Assembly: GCA_047600485.1 (NCBI GenBank)
Contig: JASGKS010000001.1
Span: 6,912,259 to 6,976,258 of the forward strand
Origin: Archangium sp.
GTDB taxonomy: Bacteria > Myxococcota > Myxococcia > Myxococcales > Myxococcaceae
Reading direction: 5' to 3'
DNA length: 64,000 bases
Shown: positions 1-8,920 of the stretch, piece after piece
Layout: each line of letters opens with the position of its first letter
Position numbering within the stretch: the stretch's first letter is position 1
Notes under the pieces: model-generated
The model's input: the letters and a program-made list of their open reading frames with translations, nothing else
What the model was told of the DNA's origin: nothing
The model's database searches: none
Translations under genes and position numbers: made by a program

Positions 1-1404
1 CAGGCCGGCGACACGCTGCAGCGCATTCACTACACCGGCGTGACGACGGGTCGTGGCCCCATCGTGCTCGGCCCCGACAACGCTTTCGCGCAGATGTCGA
101 CGCGCGGCACGGGCGGCATCAAGGTTCCGCTCGGCGTGGTGGTCGCCCACACCCGCAACAACGCGTACGTCGCGAACTGGGCGGAGCGCTCGCTGTCCAT
201 CGTCGACCTCGCGGCGCAGGTGCTCGACACGGACGTGAACTCCGCGACGCTGCCGACGGCGAACACGCCCGAGGCGCACGTGCTGGCGGGTTTGAAGTTC
301 TTCTTCACCGGCACCGGCCGCTGGTCTGACCGCTCGGTGAACTCGTGCGGCTCGTGCCACCCCGACGGTCTGTCGGACCACATCACCTGGCAGTTCGCCG
401 CTGGTCCGCGTCAGTCGACTCCGCTCGATGGCACGTACGCGAAGAACAACCCGAATGATCAGCGCGCGCTCAACTGGTCGGCCATCTTCGACGAGATGCA
501 CGACTTCGAGCTCAACACCCGCGGCACCGCGGGCGGCAAGGGCGCCATCACCACCGGCACGGTTCCCAACGACGTGCAGTTCAACCTGACCAACGGCGTC
601 ACGCTCGACGGCGGTGTGAACAACGTCACGCGCAACGACAACCTCTCGGGCAGCACCAAGGCGGTCGTGGCGAGCGCGGCGTCGGTGAAGGACTGGGACG
701 AAATCGACGAGTACGTGAAGACCATCAAGCCGCTCAAGCAGCCGCGCGCGCTGGTCGCCGCTGACGTCACCGCGGGTCGTGCGTTCTTCGAGAACAACAA
801 CTGCCAGTTCTGCCACTCGGGCCCGAAGTGGACCATCTCCCGCGTGCCGTACACGCCGTCGCCCGAGAAGAACGGCTCGTTGCCCGGTGTGAACCTGTTG
901 CCTGCCGCCGCGACCGGCCTGCGCACCGAGAACAAGTCGCAGACGCTGCCTGGTGGTCTGCAGGCGAACCAGAACACCGACACCCTGAAGATCGACGTCG
1001 AGCGCGGCGTGATGCTCTTCAACGGCATGACCGGCAACGTCGGTCCGGAGCGCATCACCTGCGTGCTCCGCAACGTCAACACGTTCAACTCGGCGTCGAC
1101 CATCGAGCGCAAGGCTGACGGCACTCAGGCGCAGGGCATCAAGGGCTTCAACCCGCCGGCGCTGTTGTCGGTGAACGCGGGCGCTCCGTATCTTCACCAC
1201 GGCGCGGCGCGCACGCTCGAAGACCTCTTCAAGCCGCCCTTCTCGCACTGCCAGTCGGCGTCGGCGAACTGCCTCATCAACGGCGGCACCACCGCGCAGG
1301 AGCAGACCGAGATTCGCCAGCTGGTCGCGTTCCTGAAGTCCATCGACGAGTCGACCACGACGTTCGCGGTGCCGGCGGCGCAGGACATCTGCGGCGGCTA
1401 CTGA
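1..1404 (+). CDS. Di-haem cytochrome c peroxidase-family protein, C-terminal part (5' partial, continues upstream of the window)
   Basis: Open frame runs from nt 1. Two CxxCH haem motifs (CGSCH, CQFCH), plus ITWQF-GPRQSTPL and APYLHHGAA blocks shared with the paralog at 50832..52844. Confidence 0.6.
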   Translation, partial: QAGDTLQRIHYTGVTTGRGPIVLGPDNAFAQMSTRGTGGIKVPLGVVVAHTRNNAYVANWAERSLSIVDLAAQVLDTDVNSATLPTANTPEAHVLAGLKFFFTGTGRWSDRSVNSCGSCHPDGLSDHITWQFAAGPRQSTPLDGTYAKNNPNDQRALNWSAIFDEMHDFELNTRGTAGGKGAITTGTVPNDVQFNLTNGVTLDGGVNNVTRNDNLSGSTKAVVASAASVKDWDEIDEYVKTIKPLKQPRALVAADVTAGRAFFENNNCQFCHSGPKWTISRVPYTPSPEKNGSLPGVNLLPAAATGLRTENKSQTLPGGLQANQNTDTLKIDVERGVMLFNGMTGNVGPERITCVLRNVNTFNSASTIERKADGTQAQGIKGFNPPALLSVNAGAPYLHHGAARTLEDLFKPPFSHCQSASANCLINGGTTAQEQTEIRQLVAFLKSIDESTTTFAVPAAQDICGGY

Positions 1405-1431
1405 GTCTTCTCAGTCGGTCGTGACTTTCGC

Positions 1432-1470
1432 GGCGAGGTGCCTCACGGTGCCTCGCCGCTGTCGTTTCTC
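1432..1470 (+). terminator. Possible rho-independent terminator after the peroxidase-like gene
   Basis: Hairpin GGCGAGG-N12-CCTCGCC followed by the T-containing tail GCTGTCGTTTCTC. Confidence 0.3.
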
Positions 1471-1512
1471 GGCTCGCCCCGGGGCACGTGAAACCAGACG
1501 GTCTTTCGTGTC

Positions 1513-2868
1513 ATGACCTCTTCCGTGGCATCACGGCCGTACCGAACCCTGCTCGTCTTCGCGCTCTCCTTCGCGCTGACGTTCTCCGCGCTCGAGTGGT
1601 TGCTGCGCGCGTTGAGCAGCCCGATGGCGAGCATGATGGAGCGCTCGCTGTTGCACGCCGCGCTCGCGTTCGTCGGCATCGATTTGGCCGTCGGAGTGGT
1701 GCTGGTCTTCACGTTGGTCGCGCGGCTCCGCCTCGAGAAAGCGCGCACGCCCGAGACGCGAACGCCTCCCGCGGTGAGCGTGCTGTTGCCGGTGTGGAAC
1801 GAGGGCGCGGGTGTGCAGCGCACCGTCGACGTGTGGCTCGCGCAAGAAGGCGTGGAGTTCGAGCTGCTGGTCGGTGATGACGGCTCGAAGCAGCCGGTGA
1901 CCCTGCGGCCCGACCCGCGCGTGCGGCTCTTCCACTTTCCGCACGCGGGCAAGGGAGCGACGTTGAACGCGCTCGCCGTGCACGCGCGACACCCCGTGTT
2001 GCTCACCATCGACGCCGACACGCAGCCTTCGCGCGGCGCGTTGGCGCGGCTGGCGGAAGCGTTCCTCGACGACGAGGTCGAGCTCGCGGCAGGAGTCGTT
2101 TCGATTTCCAACGGGCGCGACGGCTGGCTCACCGCGAATCAATCGGCGGAGTATTTGAAGAACGCGCTCGCGCGCATCGCCTGGTCTTCGCTCGGTGCGC
2201 TGGAGCAGGTGCCCGGCGCGTTCGCGGGAATTCGCGCGTCGACGTTTCACGAGGTCGGCGGTTTCCCCATCGACTCGCTCACCGAAGACTACGAGCTCGC
2301 GTGGCGTTTCGTGGCGAACGGCGTGAATCGCGGCAAGCCGACGAAGGTGGTGACCGTGTTGTCGGCGCAGGTGTTCACCGAGGGGCCGTCGACGGTGAAG
2401 GGCCTCATCGCGCAGCGCACGCGCTGGTTCGCCGGGTTCCTCACCACGTTGATGCGCTTCTGGCATCTGGTGCTCGAGCCGCGCGCGGGCACGTTCGGCC
2501 TGGTGCGCTTTCCGTTGAAGGTCATCGACGCGGTGTTGCCGTTGCTCGCGTTCGTGTCGCTGGTGGTGCTGGTGCGCGGCGGAGTGGACGCAGCGCTCGG
2601 CGTCTCGACGCTGTCCATCGCGCTGTTCGTCACGCGCTGGGTGTGGGACCTGGTGGTGTACGGCCTCGCGTTGCGCGCGTCGCGGCAGCTCGGTGATTCG
2701 CGTGCGTCGGCCGAGGCGGCGCCCACTCCAGTCGTCGGTTGGTGGCTCACCGCGTGGGAAGCGTTGACGTGGGTGTGGCTCAAGCACGTGTCGGCGCTGC
2801 GCGGCGTGGTGTTCGCGGTCGCGCGCGTGCGGAAGTGGGAAGCGTCGCGACGGCTGAGCGGTGTATGA
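1513..2868 (+). CDS. Membrane glycosyltransferase family 2 (poly-HexNAc or cellulose-synthase-like)
   Basis: N-terminal TM helices, then LLPVWNEG...VGDDGS...TIDADT...EDYELAWRF (GT2 DxD/QxxRW-like) and C-terminal TM helices. Confidence 0.75.
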   Translation: MTSSVASRPYRTLLVFALSFALTFSALEWLLRALSSPMASMMERSLLHAALAFVGIDLAVGVVLVFTLVARLRLEKARTPETRTPPAVSVLLPVWNEGAGVQRTVDVWLAQEGVEFELLVGDDGSKQPVTLRPDPRVRLFHFPHAGKGATLNALAVHARHPVLLTIDADTQPSRGALARLAEAFLDDEVELAAGVVSISNGRDGWLTANQSAEYLKNALARIAWSSLGALEQVPGAFAGIRASTFHEVGGFPIDSLTEDYELAWRFVANGVNRGKPTKVVTVLSAQVFTEGPSTVKGLIAQRTRWFAGFLTTLMRFWHLVLEPRAGTFGLVRFPLKVIDAVLPLLAFVSLVVLVRGGVDAALGVSTLSIALFVTRWVWDLVVYGLALRASRQLGDSRASAEAAPTPVVGWWLTAWEALTWVWLKHVSALRGVVFAVARVRKWEASRRLSGV

Positions 2869-3791
2869 GGCACGTCCTGTGGCTGGTGTTGTGTGCGGGG
2901 TGCGTGACCGTGCCGCCGCCGCGTGCCGGGTTCGACGTCGCGCTGACGGTCGATGATTTGCCGCTCCATGGGCCGCTCAGCGCCGAGCGACCGCCGCTCG
3001 ACATCGCCGAACGTTTCATCGCGGTGCTGCGCGCTCACGGCGTGCGCGGGGTATATGGGTTCACCAACGGCTCGCGCGTCGAGCCAGGCACGGAGCCGGT
3101 GCTCACCGCGTGGGTGAAGGCGGGCCATCACCTGAGCAACCACACGTGGTCTCACGGGAGCTTGAACCGACTCTCCGCCGAGGAGTTCCTCGCCGACGCT
3201 TCGCAGAACGAGCAACTGCTCGCGAAGTACGAGCCCGATGCGACGGCGCGCTTGTTCTTTCGGTACCCGTTCTTGTTCGAGGGCGACACGCTCGAGAAAC
3301 GCGAGGCGGTGCGACGCGGGTTGTTCGAGCGCGGCTTCAAGCTGGCGCACGTGTCCATCGATGCTGACGACTGGGCGTTCAACCCGCCGTTCGTGCGCTG
3401 TTTGAAAGCCGGTGAGCGCGAGAAGGTGGCGGAGCTGCGGAAGTTGTTCATCGCCACGCACCTCGACGAGTGGGAACGCATGCGCGCGTTGAGCAAATCG
3501 CTCACGCAGCGTGACGACGTGCCGCAGGTGTTGCTGCTGCACCTCGGTGCGGGTGACGCGGAGTTTCTCGACGAGTTGCTGACGGCGTTCGAGCAACGCG
3601 GCGCGCGTTGGGTTTCGTTGGACCGTGCGCTGGCTGATCCGTTCTATGGAATTGATCCCGCGCTGGCGCAGAAGTCGGGCGCGGCGTTTCCGTATCGCGT
3701 GGCGAAGGCGCGCGCGGTGAGCGTCGATGCGCCCATCTACGCGCGCGGGCTCGAGGAACGGCTGGAGACGTTCTGCGAGGGCGCCGAGTGA
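2865..3791 (+). CDS. Polysaccharide deacetylase (NodB/PgaB-like), secreted or lipoprotein
   Basis: ATG overlaps the GT2 stop (ATGA). Signal peptide MRHVLWLVLCAGC; TVDDLP...HTWSHG NodB-type motifs. Confidence 0.75.
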   Translation: MRHVLWLVLCAGCVTVPPPRAGFDVALTVDDLPLHGPLSAERPPLDIAERFIAVLRAHGVRGVYGFTNGSRVEPGTEPVLTAWVKAGHHLSNHTWSHGSLNRLSAEEFLADASQNEQLLAKYEPDATARLFFRYPFLFEGDTLEKREAVRRGLFERGFKLAHVSIDADDWAFNPPFVRCLKAGEREKVAELRKLFIATHLDEWERMRALSKSLTQRDDVPQVLLLHLGAGDAEFLDELLTAFEQRGARWVSLDRALADPFYGIDPALAQKSGAAFPYRVAKARAVSVDAPIYARGLEERLETFCEGAE

Positions 3792-3816
3792 CCTAGTGCG
3801 CTGAGTCCTACCCCGG

Positions 3817-3859
3817 CCCTCTCCCCGCTGTCGCAGGGAGAGGGTGCTGAGCGCTCAGC
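3817..3859. repeat. REP-like palindromic element (CCCTCTCCCC-N-GGGAGAGGG) plus second hairpin GCTGAGCGCTCAGC between convergent genes
   Basis: Two inverted repeats read directly from the sequence; same family as the copies at 4679, 18284, 30163 and 31139. Confidence 0.5.
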
Positions 3860-4676
3860 GGCGCTTGATCAACAGCACTGCGCCGAAGACTGCTCCGAGC
3901 GTGAGAATGATGGTCGCTCCGCTCGCGACGTTGAGGTGGTAGCTCGCGATGAGACCGATGACCGAGGTCACCACGCCGATGATCAACGCCCAGGCTGCGA
4001 CTCCCGAGAGCGTCTTGCCGAGCATGCGCGCGGTCGCCGCGGGAATGACGATGAAGCTCGAGACCAGCACCACGCCGACCGTCTTCACGCTGACCACGAT
4101 GATGAGCGCCGTGAGGCCGAGCAGCAGATAGTCGAGCGCCGCGACGGGAACTCCGGACAGCGCGGCGAGGTCGGGGTCGAACGTCGCGTACGCGAGGCGT
4201 GACCAGGTCGCGAGCAGCGCGACGAGCGTGATGAGCACCACCACCGCCACCATCCACATGTTCTGCGGAGAGATGGCGAGGATGCTGCCGAAGAGGACGG
4301 TTTCGACGTTCACCGGTTTGGCGTTCACCGAGCGCAGGCCGAGGAAGAGGACGCCGAGCGCGAAGCTGACGGAGAAGAAGACTCCGGTGGCGACGTCGCC
4401 GCGCAGCTTCCCGCGCCGCAGCACGTAGACGATGCCCATCGCCACCGCGAGCGTGAACGGGAGCGAGACCCAGCCGGCTTGATCGACGCTGACTCCGAGG
4501 AAGAGGCCGAGGCCCAGACCGCCGAAGGAAGCGTGCGCGAGGCCATCGCCGAGGAAGGACAGGCCTCGCTGCACGACGAAGACGCCGATGAGCGCGCAGA
4601 GGCCGGCGACGGCGGCTCCGGCGACGAGGGCGCGCTGCATGAACTCGAGTGCGAGGGGCTCGGTGAGGAAGTTCAT
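3855..4676 (-). CDS. znuB: Metal (Zn/Mn) ABC transporter permease
   Basis: Polytopic membrane protein with a TroC/ZnuB-like sequence (MNFLTEPLALEFMQRAL...); last gene of the SBP-ATPase-permease operon. Confidence 0.7.
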   Translation of the reverse strand: MNFLTEPLALEFMQRALVAGAAVAGLCALIGVFVVQRGLSFLGDGLAHASFGGLGLGLFLGVSVDQAGWVSLPFTLAVAMGIVYVLRRGKLRGDVATGVFFSVSFALGVLFLGLRSVNAKPVNVETVLFGSILAISPQNMWMVAVVVLITLVALLATWSRLAYATFDPDLAALSGVPVAALDYLLLGLTALIIVVSVKTVGVVLVSSFIVIPAATARMLGKTLSGVAAWALIIGVVTSVIGLIASYHLNVASGATIILTLGAVFGAVLLIKRR

Positions 4677-4678
4677 GT

Positions 4679-4718
4679 TTGACCCTCACCCCGACCCTCT
4701 CCCTCGCGGGAGAGGGGG
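4679..4718. repeat. REP-like palindromic element copy (GACCCTCACCCCGACCCTCTCCC-tcgc-GGGAGAGGG)
   Basis: Lies in the intergenic gap between the ATPase and permease genes. Confidence 0.5.
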
Positions 4719-4727
4719 ACATGGACG

Positions 4728-5516
4728 TCAGTCTTCATCGGGGGCCGCCTTGTGGTCTTGCGGAGGCGCGAACGCGAGCGCGGTCAGTCGGTCGTGTCCG
4801 AGCAATTCATCGGGCAAGCCCCACGCCACGAGTCTTCCGGCTTCGAGGTACACGATGCGCTCGGCGGTCTTGGTCACCGCCGCCACGTTGTGAGTGACGA
4901 GAATCGCCGCGATGTGGTCGCTCTTCGAAATGCCCGCGAGCAGCTCGAGAAATTCGCCGCGGCCCTTCACGTCGACGCCCGCGGTCGGCTCATCGAGGAT
5001 GAGCAGTTCCGGGTTGGTCACCATCGCGCGCGCGAGGAACACGCGCTGGGTTTCGCCACCCGAGAGCCCCGCGAGTGGCTTGTCGATGAGCTTCTCGCCG
5101 CCCGTCTTCACCAGCGCGAGTCGCGCCTTCTCGCGTTCTTCGGCCGTCACGCGCAGCGGCCACTTGCCGCGCAGGTTCGCGACGATGAGCTCCACTCCGG
5201 TCGCGGGGAAGTCTTGAGCGAACGTCTTGCGCTGCGGCACGTAGCCGATGGCGCCGCGCGTGTTTTCGAGCGGAACTCCGTTCACTTTGATTTCACCGCG
5301 CGTGCGCTTCATCAGCCCGAGGGCCGATTTGAGGAACGTGCTCTTGCCTGCTCCGTTGGGGCCGCAGAGACAGACGAATTCACCTTTGGGAATGTAGAAG
5401 GTGATGCCGTCGATGAGCGTGCGGTCGTCGACGTCGACGCCGAGGTTCACCACGTCGAGCACGCGCGGCAGCGACGGGTCGGGCACGGTGCCCTTGAGCG
5501 TCGTCGTCTCGCTCAC
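4728..5516 (-). CDS. znuC: Metal ABC transporter ATP-binding protein
   Basis: Walker A GPNGAGKST, ABC signature LSGGE, Walker B ILDEP. Start overlaps the SBP stop (ATGA). Confidence 0.8.
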   Translation of the reverse strand: MSETTTLKGTVPDPSLPRVLDVVNLGVDVDDRTLIDGITFYIPKGEFVCLCGPNGAGKSTFLKSALGLMKRTRGEIKVNGVPLENTRGAIGYVPQRKTFAQDFPATGVELIVANLRGKWPLRVTAEEREKARLALVKTGGEKLIDKPLAGLSGGETQRVFLARAMVTNPELLILDEPTAGVDVKGRGEFLELLAGISKSDHIAAILVTHNVAAVTKTAERIVYLEAGRLVAWGLPDELLGHDRLTALAFAPPQDHKAAPDED

Positions 5517-6460
5517 TGCAGCGCCTTCTCCAGCACCGCGGCGTTGGAGCGCAGCAGCTTCTCGTAGCTCTCGACGCCCGGCGTGCCACCGACCGGGTCG
5601 AGCTCGAACAGCGGCAGCTTCGCTTGATCAGCCACGGTCTTCGCCGGAGCACGGTCGAGCTGCGGCTCGCTGAAGAGCGCAGCGGCGCCGGTCTTCTTCA
5701 CCGCCTCGAGCACCTCGGCCATGTACTTCGCGGTCGGCTCGCGGCCGGGGAACGGCTCGATGACGGCGGCGAGCTCCAGCTTGTAGCGCGCGATGAAGTA
5801 GCCCATCGAGGCGTGGAAGGTGACGAGCTTGCGCTTGGTCCACTTCGCTTGCTGCGCGTCGATTTCGGCGTGCAGCGTGGCGAGCGACTTCTTCACTTCT
5901 TCTCCGCGCGCCTTGAAGCCGTCGGCGCCGGCGGCATCGAGCTTGGTGAACTCGGCGACCAGCACGTCGACGGCGGTCTGCATGCGAACCGGGTCGAGCC
6001 AGAAGTGCGGGTCCATCGCGCCGGGCTCTTCGCCTTCGTCTTCGTCCTTCGCGACCTCGGCGGCGGCGGCCTCACCGACGTGGTCTTGCGTGAACGGCTG
6101 CGGGCTGCACTTCGGCGCGAGCTCGAGCGACTGCACGTTGGGCGACGCGGTCTTCACCAGCTTCTCGGCCCACTCGTCCATGCTGAAGCCGGAGAGCACG
6201 ACGAGCTTCGAGTCGGCGACGCGCGCGACCTCTTTCGGCGTGGGCTCGTAGCCGTGCTCCGATTTTCCGGGCGGGAGAATGAGGACCACGTCGAGCCGGT
6301 CACCGGCGACGCGCTTGGCGATGTCGTGCAGCGGGAAGATGGAGACGGCGACGCGCGGCTTGGCGGCGGCTGCGGGCTCAGACGGTTTGTCGGTCTTGTC
6401 TTTGGGACAAGCGGTGAGGACGACGGCTCCGAGCGCGGCCAGCAGGAGGGGTCGGGACAT
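5513..6460 (-). CDS. znuA: Periplasmic metal-binding lipoprotein (TroA/ZnuA cluster A-I SBP)
   Basis: Lipoprotein signal LLLAALGAVVLTAC; acidic/His loop DHVGEAAAAEVAKDEDEGEEPGAMDPHFWLDP. Confidence 0.7.
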   Translation of the reverse strand: MSRPLLLAALGAVVLTACPKDKTDKPSEPAAAAKPRVAVSIFPLHDIAKRVAGDRLDVVLILPPGKSEHGYEPTPKEVARVADSKLVVLSGFSMDEWAEKLVKTASPNVQSLELAPKCSPQPFTQDHVGEAAAAEVAKDEDEGEEPGAMDPHFWLDPVRMQTAVDVLVAEFTKLDAAGADGFKARGEEVKKSLATLHAEIDAQQAKWTKRKLVTFHASMGYFIARYKLELAAVIEPFPGREPTAKYMAEVLEAVKKTGAAALFSEPQLDRAPAKTVADQAKLPLFELDPVGGTPGVESYEKLLRSNAAVLEKALQ

Positions 6461-6475
6461 GGGCGCGCAAACTAC

Positions 6476-7681
6476 TCACTCCATGCCGACCGTGTAGCGG
6501 TACTTCGGGAGCGGGGCGTTGGTGGATTCCTCTCCGTCGTAGCGGAGCTGCGGGTCGGCGCGGGAATGCTCGACGTTCTTCACCAGGGTCTTCAGCGTCT
6601 TCACGTCGTCGTCGCTGAAGCCGGTCTCGCGCACGATGAGTTGGTCGAGCTTCGAGAGCAGTGACGCGTTCTTCGTGAACCACGGCACGTCGGTGCTCGA
6701 CAGTGAGCTCTGCGAGAGATTGAGCACGCGCAGCGTCGGCGGCAGACCGGTCTGCGCGAGGAGTTCGAGCAGCGAAGTCGTCGAGGCGAAGTTGGTGAGC
6801 GTCAGGGTTTCGAGCGGCGACTTCACGAGATTGCGCAGCGCGGAGCCGAACTCGTTCGGCCAGTTCGCTCCCTCGGAGTAGCCGGTGTCGCCCTCGTCTT
6901 CGGGGAAGCTGTCGAACGTGATGTACGAGTCGGTGTCGTCGACGTGATTGACGGTCCACTCTTCGTTGAGGCGCAGCTCGAAGTGCTTCAGCTTCGGGAG
7001 CGTCGCCTGCCCGAGCATGTCGCACGCTTCGCACGGCTCGACGTCGCCGAAGTTCTGACCGGCGAGGCGCAGACCTTGAAGAGTGAAGGACTCGAGGAGC
7101 GGAGCGTTGATGGCGCCGAGGGTGAGCTGGCGCACATCGGCCGTGACGAGCTTGAGCGAGCGGAGTGATTTCCAGAGCGGAGTGAGGGCGCCGAAGTCGA
7201 CGAGGTTGTTGGCCGGGTCGAAGTCGCGCGAGGTGAGGAGCGTGACCTGCTCGGCGCGCCCGTCGATGAGTTCGAGGGCCGGCGGCGAGCTGCTCGCGAG
7301 GTTCGTGATGAGGTCGTCGAGCTCGATGATTCCAGGAGCCATCGGAACGGCGACGACGCTCAAGGTCTGCAGCCGCTCGGAGCGCGGGTTGTCGAGCACC
7401 AGCTTCACGACGTCGACGAGCGTTTCGGCGCGGGTGGCGCGCACCGTGGCGCGGTCGATGAAGCCCCAGCGCCAGTCGAGCTTCACGTTCGCTCCGACCT
7501 TGCCGAGGAGCTCGGGCCCGAGGAACGCGGAGCCGTGCTGGATGAGCCACTCGTTCTGTTTCGTCTCGTCGCCGGCGTTCACCAACATGATGAATTCGCC
7601 GAGCAGGTCGCCCTGTTGCTGGAGCGCGTCGGCGTAGACGAGCCATTCAGAAGCGGGTGCGTCGGAAGGAGGAGCGCGCAT
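6476..7681 (-). CDS. Leucine-rich-repeat protein with N-terminal TIGR02996-like repeat-companion motif (WLVYADALQQQGD)
   Basis: Motif identified from memory of the Gemmata/Myxococcus domain family. LRR-like L-rich body. Start taken at MRAPPSD. Confidence 0.6.
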   Translation of the reverse strand: MRAPPSDAPASEWLVYADALQQQGDLLGEFIMLVNAGDETKQNEWLIQHGSAFLGPELLGKVGANVKLDWRWGFIDRATVRATRAETLVDVVKLVLDNPRSERLQTLSVVAVPMAPGIIELDDLITNLASSSPPALELIDGRAEQVTLLTSRDFDPANNLVDFGALTPLWKSLRSLKLVTADVRQLTLGAINAPLLESFTLQGLRLAGQNFGDVEPCEACDMLGQATLPKLKHFELRLNEEWTVNHVDDTDSYITFDSFPEDEGDTGYSEGANWPNEFGSALRNLVKSPLETLTLTNFASTTSLLELLAQTGLPPTLRVLNLSQSSLSSTDVPWFTKNASLLSKLDQLIVRETGFSDDDVKTLKTLVKNVEHSRADPQLRYDGEESTNAPLPKYRYTVGME

Positions 7682-7731
7682 GGTGGCGCAGCCTACCGAG
7701 CAATGTCGGCCCCGCATGCGATGGGGTGGGC

Positions 7732-8370
7732 ATGCACAAACTGATGAGGTCGTGGGTGGCGATGCAGCAGGCTCTGCGCGCGGTCGACAGCGTGAACCGT
7801 TTCTGGGCGAAGTCGTTGGGGCTCAACCCTGAGGACGTGCTGCTCCTGATGTTGCTCGCGAGGGAGGAGCACACCCTCACCTCGCTCGGAATTGCGACCG
7901 GACGGGTGCGGCAGCAGGTGCATCGCAGCTTGTTCCGGCTCGAGCGCAGGCATGTCGTCGAGGCCGCGTCGTTCGCGCGTCGAGGGCGCGTCAGCCATTG
8001 GCGGCTGACTCAGTACGGTGGGCGGATGGTGCGCTGCCTCGAGCGACGCATGGAGCTGTGGGAGCGAGAGCTCGAAGGGCGCGTGAACGTCGAGACGCTG
8101 GTTCACGAGATGCGTGGTGTGTTGCAGACGCTCGTGAATCGAAAACTCGATGGCTACTTCGCGGGTCTGTATCTGCCGCACGAGGTGGGGACCGACCCGA
8201 ACCTCGAGTTCCTTCGCGAGGCGATGGAGTTGAGGGAGGAGTTCAGTGTGCTCGAGGAGCGCGCCTCACCCGTCGAGTCGCGGAAGGAGCTTGCTCGGCA
8301 GCACGTCGAGGCGACCGATCTTGCGGAGGGGAATGAGTCGGCGGCGGCGTGGGAGCGGCTGTGGAACTGA
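7732..8370 (+). CDS. MarR-like winged-helix transcriptional regulator (hypothetical)
   Basis: LLMLLAREEHTLTSLGIATGRVRQQVHRSLFRLERRHVV resembles the MarR wHTH. Start chosen at ATG 7732 to avoid overlap with the convergent gene. Confidence 0.45.
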   Translation: MHKLMRSWVAMQQALRAVDSVNRFWAKSLGLNPEDVLLLMLLAREEHTLTSLGIATGRVRQQVHRSLFRLERRHVVEAASFARRGRVSHWRLTQYGGRMVRCLERRMELWERELEGRVNVETLVHEMRGVLQTLVNRKLDGYFAGLYLPHEVGTDPNLEFLREAMELREEFSVLEERASPVESRKELARQHVEATDLAEGNESAAAWERLWN

Positions 8371-8525
8371 TGTGAGTGGCACGGCTCTGCCGAAAACTGC
8401 ATTGAGGACGATGGGGTCGCTGTTCTCCGCGCCGTGCCAGACGATGCGCGAGCCTCTCGGCTTCGGGCGACTGGCTCCTCGCGCCGTGTGCCACTTCTGG
8501 CTCGAATTGGTGCTTCATCAGCAAA

Positions 8526-8650
8526 GCTGACAGTGGCGTGCCCCGTCGCGACCCCGAGATTCTCATCAGCAAAGCTGACAGTGGCGCAGCACCGCGCGAC
8601 CCCGAGATTCTCATCAGCAAAGCTGACAAGTGGCGCATGACGATCACGCC
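8526..8650 (+). repeat. Tandem 48-bp repeat array A (2.6 copies; unit CATCAGCAAAGCTGACAGTGGCG-N9-GCGACCCCGAGATTCT)
   Basis: Exact 48-nt period: unit starts at 8526, 8574 and 8622. Confidence 0.85.
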
Positions 8651-8755
8651 TTACCGGGATCCGATGACGCCGCCGCCGAATGAGAGCCGGCGAAAAGGGT
8701 GACGGCACGTAAGCAAGAAGAGCGTGACGTCGTGGTGTCCCAGACTGGTCGCACT

Positions 8756-8920
8756 GTCAGCTTTGCTGATGAGAATCTCTGGGTCGCGCCGAGGCGCGTC
8801 ACTGTCAGCTTTGCTGATGAGAATCTCGGGAGCGCGACCGGGCGCACGACTGTCAGCTTTGCTGATGAGAATCTCGGGGTCGCGCCGGGCAGCGCCACTG
8901 TCAGCTTTGCTGATGAAGCG
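8756..8920 (-). repeat. Tandem 48-bp repeat array B (3.4 copies, reverse complement of array A)
   Basis: Unit starts at 8756, 8804, 8852 and 8900. Conserved core of about 39 bp and a variable 9 bp. Confidence 0.85.

Noticed and set aside
1531-2787. Long antisense or overlapping ORFs throughout (for example 1531..2787 -, 3808..4722 -, 6378..7646 -, 10364..12361 -, 13911..16310 +, 21657..22193 -, 37983..39014 -, 39382..41106 -)
   Set aside because: These are typical high-GC frame artefacts: Arg/Ala/His-rich low-complexity translations with no motifs, lying opposite ORFs with clear domain content and GC3 bias.
1513-3791. Naming the GT2/deacetylase pair pgaC/pgaB
   Set aside because: The gene order is reversed relative to pgaABCD, and no PgaA porin or PgaD partner is present. 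A generic call was kept.
8526-8920. CRISPR array interpretation of the 48-bp tandem repeats
   Set aside because: The variable part per unit is only about 9 bp and the conserved part about 39 bp. The two arrays are mutually inverted inside a larger palindrome, and there are no cas genes. This fits a minisatellite/foldback structure, not CRISPR.
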